A DNA stretch of 64,000 bases from Balanoglossus misakiensis (Eukaryota; Animalia; Hemichordata): the NCBI GenBank assembly GCA_040954595.2, contig CM082595.2:7608317-7672316 (forward strand). The letters are read 5' to 3'. Below are positions 51,066 to 63,127 of the stretch, in pieces (the first letter of the stretch is position 1; each line of letters starts with the position of its first letter). The notes below the pieces were generated by a model, which had not been told where the DNA came from, did no database searches, and was given only the letters and a program-made list of their open reading frames with translations. The translations under genes were made by a program, and so were the position numbers.

Positions 51066-51687
51066 CCGTAGTTGCCCGGGTAAGAACCCCTGCTCGGACA
51101 AACGCCCCCCCCCCCCTGGTTTTAGGGCCCATTTGTAGATCGAGGCCATATCCGGTCTAAAGCCCCCCCCCCCCCCCCCCCCCCGACCGAATATCCATTA
51201 AATTCTTGGAAATTTAATAAAGTGCAATGCAAAAAAGGCGGATTTTCATCCCCAAAGTCACTAAAAGTGAAAAAAAAAATGTATGATGATTTACGTTCGC
51301 GCTGATTATCGTACCCACCGCGGCCGACTGGCCACGCTGAGTTATATATAGCCGCTCTAGAAAACATGACCTCAGACAGGTCCCTCGGGACCGTGCCTCG
51401 AATTCAACGATCACGTAGATGGACGCGCTGCCGCGTGTGAGGTCACCGGGGAGCTTTCCAAAGCGGCCGCGTGGAGCTGCTTCAGTCCGTCCTCGACGCG
51501 AAACACCCAACATTGGAAGATCCCGACTTGGACTCGGAGAATGAACCACTCAAAAATTTGCATAAAAGTTGAGGTGGCCATCCCTCATTTGCATAAATCT
51601 CGAGGCCATATCCGGGCTAAAGCCCCCCCCTGTTTTTTCGCTAATCTGTTGGCCCAGCACCCGGGGCTCTTACCCGGGCAACTACGG
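51066..51687. mobile_element. Tc1/mariner-pogo-like MITE with TA TSD, inserted into an older repeat (uninterrupted copy at 58574-58813)
   Basis: TA|CCGTAGTTGCCCGGGTAAGA ... TCTTACCCGGGCAACTACGG|TA. Confidence 0.85.
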
Positions 51688-52074
51688 TAATAGTTATATG
51701 GGAATATGTACCTAAAATTAAAGTTAAAGCTGTATGCGCTCGTTTGGCTACAATGCCTCTTCGGCTACGTTTGAAAATATCGTCGCGTATTATTGATGGT
51801 TCATAGTTGTTTTCCCGGAGGTAGCGGTCTAACGTATGCGCTTATAACCGGTCAGTGTGCTCGGCTAATATTCTTGCCCATGCATCACTTTGTCTAGCGC
51901 CAAGAAAATATTCCGAGATTGTCTGGGTCTTTTTCGAGGAGCTGTCGTTCATCTTCTGTTCGCTTCGTCTTTATGAGCTGTTTTACGACGGTATTGCATC
52001 GTCGCCAAAAACTACCTCTTTACGGCAACAGTCTGAGTTGCCGGGAGGTAGACTCTGACTCGCAAGAATATAGA

Positions 52075-52433
52075 CATAATGAAAGGCTCGAGGAAAGCCA
52101 AAATTCATGGGCTCAGAAGCCTCGCCCATGAATCTTTGGCTTTCTCCTCGCCCACGCCCATAAACAAACGTTAATGGTCAGGGCGGAGTCGGTTATTTCC
52201 ATTATATTACCAACGAACTCAAGAAAACTGTCAACATTTACGATAATGTCCCACGCAAAAGAATAGGAGCCCCGGAACTTGTGTTACGCAAAATGTTGTA
52301 TTCACTGAACTGTTTGCTAATATTACTATTTAGATTTACGGGCATGTAGCCAAACCATTACTGAGTATTGTGGTAAGTGACGTCATTCATCTCGACCAAT
52401 TAAAATGCCACGCACAGGCCATGGTAATATAAT
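52075..52433 (+). repeat. Crypton-like hairpin repeat; 3' part shared with 32851-32995
   Basis: Hairpin GAGGAAAGCCAAAATTCATGGGC...GCCCATGAATCTTTGGCTTTCTCCTC; tail AAAATGTTGTATTCACTGAAC...CAGGCCATGGTAATATAAT present twice in the window. Confidence 0.55.
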
Positions 52434-52834
52434 TCAAATTCACAATTTTTATTGTTCTTATACATAAGAGTTCTAACAGTTGTACGGGTATTCATATTAC
52501 AGTACATTTGGAATAACCTGTAGTGAGTTACATACGTACAGAGTACTAGAACTTTTACGGTCAGTTGACGGATGCGATAAAACTATACTTTCAATTTGGA
52601 AATTTGTCCAGATGAAATGTCTGTGATGAGAACAGCAGCCAAATCACATGAAAGAAAAGGCAATGGTTTTAAGTAAACATATCTCCAATGAATTAACGGA
52701 ATTTATGTAAACTGGGAAATGTGATAGTTTTCGAGTTTTTTTCCATCACTTGCTTAATTACGTTTAAAGTAAGAGACTTAATTAAACCGCGGTTTCTACT
52801 CCATGACCGAATACACTACTTCTTGCTGTACATT

Positions 52835-55048
52835 TTATTGCGCAAAGACTTTCACGCAATTATCTCCATGGTCACTAACAATGACCGTGTCGTCATCAGT
52901 GACACAAATACCGTCTGGGTTTACAAGCCCGTCATTCACATCATCGACAAGACAAACAAACTGACCCCGAGATTCGTATTTCATGATTCTGCTGTTGTGG
53001 AAATCTGCGACATATACATAGCCGTGTTTGTCCACAGATACTCCTTGGGGCCAGCTCAGCTGACCATCCCCGCTCCAGGGGGATCCGATGGTATACAGGA
53101 ATTGACCATCCCCATTGAACACTTGGATTCGATTATTGAAGGTATCTGACACATAAACATTGCCAGTATCATCCACACAGATAAATATGGGACAATGAAA
53201 CTGACCACTCCGATGCCCACAACCGCCAAATGATTTGATGTGACGGCCATCTTGGTCGTAAATGTGAATACAGTGACCGTTGAAATCCACAACGTAAACC
53301 CTTCCATTCACTGGACTAATAGCGATACCCACGACACATTTAAATACTCCCTTTCCAAAACACTTGATTAATTCCCCATTCTCATCACAGACAATTATCT
53401 GATTATTTCCACCATCAGTAATAAAGACATTACCGTCCGCTGACACAGCTGCATCATTGGGACAGAAATTATTGACACTAGTAAACTTGAACACCTTCCG
53501 ATGTTTTCCATCTACAGTGAAAGATTGCAATCTGCGGTTACTGCTATCACAAACCAACGCATCTCCATTCCTCATCACTGTTATCCCCTGAATACCACGG
53601 AACTGACCAATCTCAGAACCTGACCCCCCAAACTTACACACCAACCCTTTCTTAGGGGTAACTTTAATTCTAACTGGCGATCCCTTGACTGGTTTCTTAC
53701 GTACTGACACTGACAGTTCGTGATCTCCGACAACCTTTACGGATGTTTTCAAAGTGATCGTTTCGTCCCCGTTGTCGCTCACTTCCACGTCTTCTGTGCT
53801 GTTATCCGGTGTCTTCAAGACAGCGTCCACTTTGACGCGTCTCCGTGCATCCCCGCTCCGAGCGGCGGCACCATCTTCACTCACCACAGTCACCCTGATT
53901 TCATCGCCAACCTTCACCGTTTGTGGGACGTCAGCTAGCATGTAACCTGTGTGCTCGAATTTCATTGTCCCCAAACTCTTTTCTCCACAGAAGTCGTCGC
54001 GTGGTTGGAACTCCATGTAGTCGTCTGCCAGAGGCTCTACTCGTGTCTCCATTTTCAACAATTCTGTCGTCTGCTCATCAACCCCCTTCTTTGCGGACAT
54101 TTGTTGCGACGCGTTCCCATAATGCACCAGCTTCTCGATGTATTCGCGAGAACTTGCAAGATCATTCTCGGCGATGTCCAGTTCTTTCAGTTGTGCGGTC
54201 AAGTTGATTTTCCTCTTTTCGTATTCACCTTTCAACTCTGTCAGGAGTTTGTCACCATTTTCTTGTATCAGACGCGTCACTTCTTCGATGGTTTGACGGA
54301 TGTGTCGCTTCACTTTCTCCTCTTCTCCGCGGAAACATTTCTCCAGATTTTCTAACATTTGCTGCACTGACACTTTGCTGTCATTTGCTTCGATTTCTTT
54401 CACTTTCATTTTGTCGATGGCGGTGTGTAAAACTTCCGTGAAGCCCTTCGCTGCGTCTTTGACACATCTGTATTGGTGATTTGTTAACGGGTGATCCAAT
54501 GCAGTGCATTTCAGACAGATCGCCTTGTTGCACGTATCACAGTAGAATTCTTGTTGAAATTCTGGATGTGTGCTGCAGTACACAGGTGGTTGAACGGAGG
54601 CAGGGTTAACGCACTTTGCTGTGCGGTGTTCACCCAGAGTCACCAGACGATGTGATTTTGTCCACCGAAATTTAGAATGAGCTTTCGCACAATTATTACA
54701 GATATCAAAATCACACTCCACGCAATGCTTTGTGGGCTCACCTTGTTCACAGGTGTCGCATTTCGCCGTTTCGGTGGCAGTCTCTCCTTTCGTGAATTGT
54801 TCGACCAAGTTATTCATTAATTCGTTGGCCTCAATTCCTTCGACGCCATTATCGTGGAGCTCGTGCGAACGACGACACACTGGACATGTTATGACGCCAG
54901 TTTTCTCTGCCAGCTTCCCCAGACATGGCTCACAGAAGCTGTGTAGACACGGTAGAATCTTAGCATTCTTGTATCGCTCCGAGCAGATAGTGCAGGACAG
55001 AAAATTAGCGTCGATTTCCGCCAAGAAGTTGGACTCTTTCGCTGCCAT
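52835..55048 (-). CDS. Intronless TRIM-NHL E3 ligase (RING, 2 B-boxes, coiled coil, filamin, NHL repeats; TRIM2/3-like)
   Basis: 737-aa ORF: CTIC...LPCLHSFCEPC...CPVCR; CDTC...CVEC...CNNCAKAH; CSTH...YCDTC...CLKC...H; PVKGSP filamin end; NHL repeats FG..G...GQF..P.GI. Confidence 0.95.
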   Translation of the reverse strand: MAAKESNFLAEIDANFLSCTICSERYKNAKILPCLHSFCEPCLGKLAEKTGVITCPVCRRSHELHDNGVEGIEANELMNNLVEQFTKGETATETAKCDTCEQGEPTKHCVECDFDICNNCAKAHSKFRWTKSHRLVTLGEHRTAKCVNPASVQPPVYCSTHPEFQQEFYCDTCNKAICLKCTALDHPLTNHQYRCVKDAAKGFTEVLHTAIDKMKVKEIEANDSKVSVQQMLENLEKCFRGEEEKVKRHIRQTIEEVTRLIQENGDKLLTELKGEYEKRKINLTAQLKELDIAENDLASSREYIEKLVHYGNASQQMSAKKGVDEQTTELLKMETRVEPLADDYMEFQPRDDFCGEKSLGTMKFEHTGYMLADVPQTVKVGDEIRVTVVSEDGAAARSGDARRRVKVDAVLKTPDNSTEDVEVSDNGDETITLKTSVKVVGDHELSVSVRKKPVKGSPVRIKVTPKKGLVCKFGGSGSEIGQFRGIQGITVMRNGDALVCDSSNRRLQSFTVDGKHRKVFKFTSVNNFCPNDAAVSADGNVFITDGGNNQIIVCDENGELIKCFGKGVFKCVVGIAISPVNGRVYVVDFNGHCIHIYDQDGRHIKSFGGCGHRSGQFHCPIFICVDDTGNVYVSDTFNNRIQVFNGDGQFLYTIGSPWSGDGQLSWPQGVSVDKHGYVYVADFHNSRIMKYESRGQFVCLVDDVNDGLVNPDGICVTDDDTVIVSDHGDNCVKVFAQ

Positions 55049-55306
55049 AGCTGGTGATGTGAGTTGAACGCCTTTGTGTACCTGTGTGTACCAGTACAGA
55101 AATCACGTGACGCGATTGCACGAAGTCTGGTGTATATACCTGTTCCCCGTAGTGCAATGTTTACTGAACTGTCAATGGTTTGTCACGCGTATATGATAAG
55201 CCCTGTCCCCGGCGCATAGTCTAGTGTGAAGAGAAGTGAACGAACAATAGCAATGACCTCGTTTGAACTTAGGGGTGGACCATTTAATAACTTGAAAGGG
55301 GGGTGG

Positions 55307-56297
55307 CAGTCAGGACGTAAGTGGGGTAATTAAACAGCAGGGGATCATGCAATGCAAACACTTGAACTGGCCAGTAACGTTTGAATTGCTCATTTGCATA
55401 CAGTTTTTCAACTTTTTTCACAACGAAAGTTAAGCAACTTGCAACCCATTTCTGACAATTATTTCACCCCAGGCACATTACTGGTACTATGAGTGTACTA
55501 CATGTGATTTTTCATGAAGTTTTATCGAGAAGAATTTCTTTACTTCCACTGACAAAATTGTGATCACGAAATTCAAAGTGACCTTGAAGTTAAAAAATCA
55601 AAAAAAAATATCAGCCATACCCACACAAAAATTAACCCCCTCAGGTTTTAGAAACATTATTAAACTCCTCTATTCATAATTTTGACATGAATATATCCAT
55701 GCCGAGAGTCAAGGACCACAATTTACAGTGCCATAGGTCAGTCCTGAGAAGTCAGTCAGCGTGAATAGTGTATAGACTCCGTATGTAATATGCTAATGAG
55801 AGATAACGACGCGTTGAAAAGGAAGCCATTACGTCATGGGTTAACATGGGTTGACCTACTTCAATGCAAACACATATGGCAAACACGGCTGTACTCGTCG
55901 ATGGCGAAGGCAATTTTTACACCGTCATTACTCCACAACGGAGCGGCTCACAACATTATAACTTCACGGTAACTTAGTTCAATATCTTCCTAACCTACCC
56001 AATTTTTTTCAAGACAAGAAATCTTTGCCGAGAGTCAAGGACCACAATTTAAACCAACATACCGAAACTGTCTATCTCGGGAACGCGTCGTTAAAACTTC
56101 ACGAAAAATCATCCTATCATTGACTATGGTGTTTCATACACGTCTTAGAAAAATGGGTGCACTACGATCACTTGTAGTACCGAAAATCTCCGTTTGAAAA
56201 TTTTTCGAACTGGCCGTAACTGCCACTCAGCGACGTTCACATTAAAATAGATCTCTTTGATCTCACCGCCGTAATTACCCCACTTACGTCCTGACTG
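55307..56297. mobile_element. 991-bp non-autonomous DNA transposon with 26-bp TIRs and apparent 5-bp TSD
   Basis: GGTGG|CAGTCAGGACGTAAGTGGGGTAATTA ... TAATTACCCCACTTACGTCCTGACTG|GGTGG; internal direct repeat GCCGAGAGTCAAGGACCACAATTTA. Confidence 0.8.
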
Positions 56298-57844
56298 GGT
56301 GGGACGGAGATTGATTATATACTAGTAGCGTTATATTTTGTTATGGAACCATAGTATATCTGGCAAAGCAGAAGTTGTTGTATATATGACAAATTTTGCG
56401 CCTGGATAATGAATAATAAATGTATTCCAGAAATTTAGCTTTTGATGAATTTTGATCCAAAACAACTTTTAATATGTTCATACTTAAAATAAAAAGCAAC
56501 GGTGTTATAAAATTTAACTGTTTTGAATGATGAATGCAGCATAAAATGTCAATTGAGCAAAAAGAGCGTGTACATAATGAAAGGGCCTTCACTCAAACAC
56601 TGTAGGATTACATCTAATAATGGGGTTCAAGTTTGGCATACACGGACGCATACAGTTAAATTTTGTCAAAATTCCGTGATCAATGTTTTTAGGCCTCATT
56701 ATGTCAAAGAAAGCTGTTTAAAGTCCAACAAACTCTTTTACGGTGAATCTATTTTGAGTATGACGTATTTGAAGAATGCAGTGGTGATAAAAAGTGACCG
56801 AAAGATTCGTGGACCGAACCCTGTCGGTAGTTTGCTTGCATAAAAACGATCTAGTCGCGCATGCGCGTTGTGTCCATGTCATGTTACACCATGACGGGTG
56901 GAATGTCGTCGCCGACGACAGGTGTCGACCAATTCCCTTCTAAGTAATTCGCAACAGAAATAGGAAGTTCGTTGTGGTTAAATATACAGTGGGTTATGCC
57001 ATAGTTTAGAGGGAATTTGTCGGAAGATGACGAGGGTTCTACCCCGATATGAAAGTTCATCAGCATATGGTGTTAGCAACAGAATCGAGGGCGGGAGAAT
57101 TCATTTTTTTACCGCTAATTTTCACATGCCCCCCCGTACACAACCCGAAAAATTTCAAATCCCCCCCTTCCGAACTGCCAAAATTTTGAAATCCCCCCCC
57201 CCCCATTTTCTTTCACAGAGCAAAATTACATCACCTAGTAAATGTATCTATCTTGTAAAAAAAGAAAAACAGCGCTCCCATGAAAAGAATTTGAAACTGA
57301 TGTACCCCTTCACTGAACATTGTTTTTATTTTTTAAGTATTTGTATTCTGTGTTGGGAGACATTGTAAACCGAGAATTGAAGGGGGTGGGTTTGGGAGGG
57401 GGTGTCCCCCTCCCACGTAAGAAAATTTTATAAAATACAGAGCTCAAAGCTGCATTTTAATGAACCCGGCAAAAGCAAATTAACTCAACTACCGGTATGT
57501 TGGGAGGACAAATTTAACCGTCGCCGCTCAAAGTTATCATGGGGCAAGTCCCCTGACCTGGGACACTAGATAAACCAATCAATGATTGAAAGGTGTTGAT
57601 GAATGGAGGGGGTGGGTGTGGGAGGGGGTGTCCCCTTCCCCCATTAGAAAATTTTGTAAAATAAAGGGCGCGAAACTGCATTTTTGTGGACTCAAAATAA
57701 ATATTTAGTCGTCAATGTTTTCAAGTCCCCCCTTTCAGTCCCTAAATTATTTCAAATCCCCCCTTACATACCCTCAATTTTTTCAAATCCCCCCTCAATT
57801 CTCCTGCCCCCCCCCCCTCCAGAGGTGTTTGTGAATGCAGCCTA

Positions 57845-58520
57845 AATGCTGAGCCAGTATTGAACATCTTCAAAGTCAGTATCACATGTGACAAAGATTC
57901 TCATATCATCAGCATATGCAGAGAGGCATTGTTTCCTGGAGTCTTAACAACACAAAGTGAGACCATAAAGACCAGTGGTTGTTCTTAATTTTTTCCAGGA
58001 AAGGTTCAATATAATTATTGTGCACAGTGTCTGCATAATGTCGTCATCACTGTGATGAGTGGTCATTTCTGAGCGCTCTTGCGTCGATCAAGGTCGAATA
58101 AGTACGTGTTGATTTATCGCTTTCATTAGGATTTCAACCTTGACCGGACCGAGCCTCCTCTTGCTTCGTTTTGTGGAAATCGGTGAGCTAACTTTTCTTC
58201 CGTTCATACTCTTTATGGCTGATCCGGTTTCTTGAAAGCCGAATTTCAAGGTTTGGGATTGATTTAATCCTGTTTTCCTTAACTCTTAGCTGGGTTTGTC
58301 GGAATCCTATGCTATACATAACTGTTTTGATGTGGAGTTTACCTGCGTCCCACCATTCATGGATGGAAGGAAAGTCATTCTTTTAGTAGACCAATCAGTT
58401 CACACCAATAATCCGTGATGATTTTCTTGTACGTACTGAGTGCCCAGTGAGCACTTCCGTGTTTTATTTCTTCTTGGCTTATGCGTAAATGTGTAGAACT
58501 GTGGTCAGAAAAAGGAACAT
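57845..58520 (-). pseudogene. Degenerate L1/Tx1-clade ORF2 relic
   Basis: Pieces VPFSDHS, FPSIHEWWDAGKLHIK, NESDKSTR, IEPFLEKIK, SAYADDMRIFV separated by stops and frameshifts. Confidence 0.65.
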
Positions 58521-59637
58521 GAATAATCATTTAAGATTGAAGTCTGTTCATAATGTGTTTACTGATACAAACCCTCAAGAAACAGGAAATAAATGTTGAC
58601 GTGGAAAATAATCCGGCGTTAAGAATAATTCACTTTCATTGAACCATTTTCTTTGTCTTTTTGTCATATTTTCATTCCAATTTCACTATGCATCTCGTAG
58701 ATAGAGATCATATCAACGCATTGCATGCATATAAATGATGGTTTACGTCTTTTCATTCATAATAAATTGGACTTTCTGCATGTATATAGTTATATGAGAA
58801 TATGTACCTAAAATACCGACAAAATCATGTTTTGGCCCTCACAATGTGCGCTATATCGTCGGGGCGGGGTGGGGTGGGGGTGGAGACAGGCATGACGTCA
58901 CAGTGAAGATAGTTCTTTGACCCTGAACATAAACGTCGCAAACGAAGTTACGAGTCAAGTCGGAAACTTTTGCTATATAGTCATCGTTCGGCTCTTTAGG
59001 TCAATTTCGCTCATGATTTATCAGTACAAGTAAAATTTGAGGCGCTTTCGATCGCATAGATGTGACATACATATCGGAAAGAGGCCAAGTTCTGTAACGC
59101 TTTCTCTGATTCGTCCATTTATGCAACCGCCTGTCACAGCGTCCGTTTTAACAGTATATGTTTAACAGTGCCTGGCCTTTTAACCTAATTCTTTTCTACT
59201 GTATATGGTCAAATAATCTGTTAGTAGGGCACCTTTTTATGCTATGGTTTTTACCCGAGGTTCAGCGAAGTGCCTGGAAATTGATCAATCCGCCACAACT
59301 TTTCATGCGTCTTTAGAATCGCCGTTTTCTGAGTCGTATTTAGATACCTCCCATGTGATTGGTCAGCTGGAGTTGGCACTCGGCAGATCGGGGGTTTCCG
59401 TAAAATTTTATGCGAAGGAACATGCATCATGGACGTCTGGTTTCTTGATAAATATTGGCATTGGATTGCGAAATTGGTTGCCAAACTTGGCTTTGGTAAG
59501 TACATTTATGTATAAAGCTTATCTCCTGACCCGGCGGTGCACAGTTTAGACCAACTCTTATTAATTCTCTCCCAACTTTTAGCCCTCGGTTCTCGGTGGT
59601 CGTTAGCTCTGGACTTATACAGCTAGGTGGTCGTATG

Positions 59638-59842
59638 GGATCCGGTTCACTTAGTGGACACGACTATACCCCATGGCAACGATACCATGGCAATGAGGGT
59701 GAGTTAGGGTTAGGGTTAGGAGGGTTAGGGGTGGCAATGTGAGGGTGAGTTTAACCCTAACCCTAACCCTCCTAACCCTAACCCTAAAAAAACATGGTTT
59801 CGCCCCTGGGGTATAGTCGTATCCACTAAGTGAACCAGATCC
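59638..59842. mobile_element. 205-bp palindromic MITE with 8-bp TSD and internal TTAGGG/CCCTAA arrays
   Basis: GTCGTATG|GGATCCGGTTCACTTAGTGGA ... TCCACTAAGTGAACCAGATCC|GTCGTATG. Confidence 0.85.
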
Positions 59843-60135
59843 GTCGTATGTTGTGTTGACGGACATATTCGACCGCATGTCTGTCGATTCAATCATGGCC
59901 GCTGCAAAATAATATTTGTGGACATTGTGGGCCCTCCTGGGGTGGGCAACAACACGCCTTGTTACGCTACGTAGAGCTTAAATTGGCCGTGTCGAGGTTC
60001 TGTTGTTATGACCAGTTTAATGTGATTGTTGTGGATATGAGCAAGGCTATGTGAGGGGCTACCCCATCCGATGGGGGGGGGGGGGGGGCATTGTGATTTT
60101 TTTCTCAAGTAAGTTTCATTCGTTTATTAATTTAA

Positions 60136-60869
60136 GGTGGCTTTGCATGAAACCGTCGAGACTTTTTCAGAGGCCTATTTATCATCAAAGACAACGTTAA
60201 AACCCCCAGAAACCATATATATTCTGGAAGCTGAGTTTTTGAACTTTTGTTTGAGTTGCATAAATTTTTAATCCCGGAAATGGTGGCGATTGTGAGTTAA
60301 AAAAACCATTTTTTGATATTATGTCATTCAATTTAATTTAGGTAAAAAAGATGACCATGCATCATGCATCTTAATATGTCATTCGAACCTAGAGTACACG
60401 TGCAAAAAAACGGTAATTTTGTTTTGTGTTATCTGCTTCCATTGAGGAGTAACAGCGTTTGAAAGTTAGATTTTTAGTAAAATTTGATCAAATTCACGGT
60501 GAGTTGTATTGAATCAGAGTTTATTCCCGCCAGGGACACTTTATCATTTAAAAAAAAATGTTTTGTTGGATGGGTCATACACAATCCCCTGTTAAAATTT
60601 GAGCAAATTCGGCCAACGCAGAGCGAAGCTAAATTCTTCTGAAGTTGTCAAGAGAAGCCAAAATGCAAACTGAGAAAAACGGCCATTTGCATTGTTGACA
60701 CCTATTTGTTAAGCTGTGGACTCATTCAGAAAAGTGCTATTTTGGGGTGATTATGCACCATTTCCGCCAAAACGTATTAGTCAGGATGATGTGGATCAGT
60801 ATTAGACCTACCGATTTATGTAAAAAAGTAAAATTTGGCAAAAATCACAACTTTTCATGCAATGCCACC
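60136..60869. mobile_element. Kolobok-like MITE
   Basis: TTAA|GGTGGCTTTGCATGAAA ... TTTCATGCAATGCCACC|TTAA. Confidence 0.85.
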
Positions 60870-62332
60870 TTAATTGTTGTTGTTGTTTTTTCATTTATTG
60901 GCCTATTCATTCATTGCTATATGGTAAAGTTATCAAGATCATGAAGTACAGTATATGATAAGGTGCTTTTTATAAACACATTCAAATAGGCAATACCACT
61001 GTATGTTGGCATACTGACCTATCAGCCTGTCAACACAAGGTGTGCATTTACTGTCCCTAAAATGGGAAACTTCTTATGCAATGGTGCACATTTTTTTATC
61101 ATGTTCTGTGCCTCCTAACATGTCACCCTGACCAGAGTACTTCTTGCCAACTTCTCCTAAACATCATGAGTACATACTACATCAATACTTGCATATCCAC
61201 AGCTGTGTGAGGGCATGTTATTTTCTTTTCACTTTATTTTAGTCACATACATCAATCTGAGTAATTACAAACTGGAGTATTTGGGAAGTGCTGGGATCTT
61301 TTCACTTGTCCAAAAGGGCTTTACATCGCTGCTTACCTAATAAAAAGACCAACACATCTCAATATCTGATTTTTATCAGATGGCACATGTGAATAATGCC
61401 CAAACAATGTCCAAATTGGTGTTGAAAAGCAATCCCATTACCCTATCCCAACCACCAAACTGTTACAAAAGAAATTTCTTTTTTAATAATTTGTTATCTC
61501 AACTGTCAATGATGCAGGTTTATCAGATGGTGTCCATCCTTCTGTCCATCAACAATTGGGAAACCACACACTTCTGATCTGGACTACACAAACCCATGAT
61601 GATTGACCTGGTAAGTCTAGTGAAATGTCTTTTACATATTCTCAGAATCCAATTTTCTAATAGCTTTTAGATGTGACATCAAAGTCTCACTGGGTAAGAT
61701 CTGTTGAATTATTTGATACTATTTGCAAATGAATTTTAGGGGAAATCTTTGGGGAAAAATCCTTAGAATATATTTAAAAATTGCTTTAACCAATAGACTG
61801 TTTTCCGAACTCCTCAAGACCCTAAGAGATCTTATGTGGCTAGGCAGTTTAATTGAAAAGCTCTTTCTAAGAATGCATTTGACCAGTTGCTTTGAAATTA
61901 GGTGCACAGGTGAAATCTGCATATATATGTATGTTTTTGGGGCAATTTTTGTTGTTTTTTGGTGTGAAACATGCATATTTGTATTTCGTGTAAAATTTCT
62001 GCGTTTGGTGGAAACATCTCCCAATATTCTCAAAGTTGACATACATATTCCTTGGGATGACTTTGTTCAAATTAACAGCATAATATAGTCATGTATATAT
62101 GGATTTGTAGTGTAATTTGATGCAGAAGACAAATCTAAGGTTATTTTGCCTTCCGACAAAATTTGACGGAAAAACCACAGAATTTGCAAATGCAAGGTGG
62201 TTTATATTTAATAATTATAATTACCATGTGTCATTGGTTTACATTCCAGTGATACCATTGTATAAATATATACACAGCTGTTTTGACATTGGTTAAAAAG
62301 CTTCTATAGACTTACAGAGAGTCTGCAGTCTA

Positions 62333-63127
62333 CAGGGCTCAACATAATTTTTTTTCAACCACCTACCCACCTGACAATTCAAAATAAAAAGTACTAAACT
62401 ATCCCAGTCAGAAAAATACCTGTCCAAAAATTGCATCATTTATACTTAGAAATTATACATATTTCAATTCACCTGAGATATACTGTCCAAAGAAATTGAA
62501 TAAGGTCATTTAATTCTTTTGATAGGAAAGCAACCATATTTAATAGTCTAAATTTTGGTGTGTGCTGACAGTTTTATCCTAAGCCTTCTGGGTGACATAC
62601 CTGTTTAGGGTGTCAAGTCCCTTAAAATACGGATTTGCCACTTTTTCTACTAAAACATATTTTGACTGTCTTGACATGGCTCTCATACGTACTAAGACAC
62701 ACTTGGCAGTCTGAGCCCCATGTAAAATGTACCAAATCACACTGGTTTGCACTTTATTGGTCTGAGGGTCTTGTATAGGCCCTACTGAGTAACACGCACT
62801 TGGCAGTCTAACAGGCCTGGGAGCCAGGATTCTAGACACCCTGGAAATCAAACCAGTTTCAACTGACTTGGCAGCGTTAGGGTTAGCATCAGCCTCAGCT
62901 TCCTGTGACTGCTTACTGTCATCACTATTCCCACTTGAGTTTTTGGGCAAATCTTTGTCACAGTTTGATTTTCTGATGTCACTTTCAGCTGAAGTTTCAG
63001 TTTGATTTGAGGTTTTTGTTTGAACACAACGAGTGAATCCAGGAAAATTCAACAAACTCATCTTGACATCGTTTTTCATATGCAAAATGACCCCTGTAGT
63101 ATAGGGTAACAGCGCCCTCATTGTCAA
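62333..63127 (-). mobile_element. Possible hAT/ZNF862-like transposase N-terminal relic
   Basis: 182-aa ORF with a low-complexity linker and a degenerate TTF-like W....AKC.L...LDTLNR segment; hAT-like terminus CAGGGCTCAACATAA at 62333. Confidence 0.3.

Noticed and set aside
59700-59787. Telomere-telomere fusion site
   Set aside because: The arrays are short and lie inside TIRs with an 8-bp TSD, so they belong to a MITE
61518-61610. Exon-like AG...GTAAG segment on the plus strand
   Set aside because: Stops in all three frames; could be non-coding but cannot be supported without transcripts
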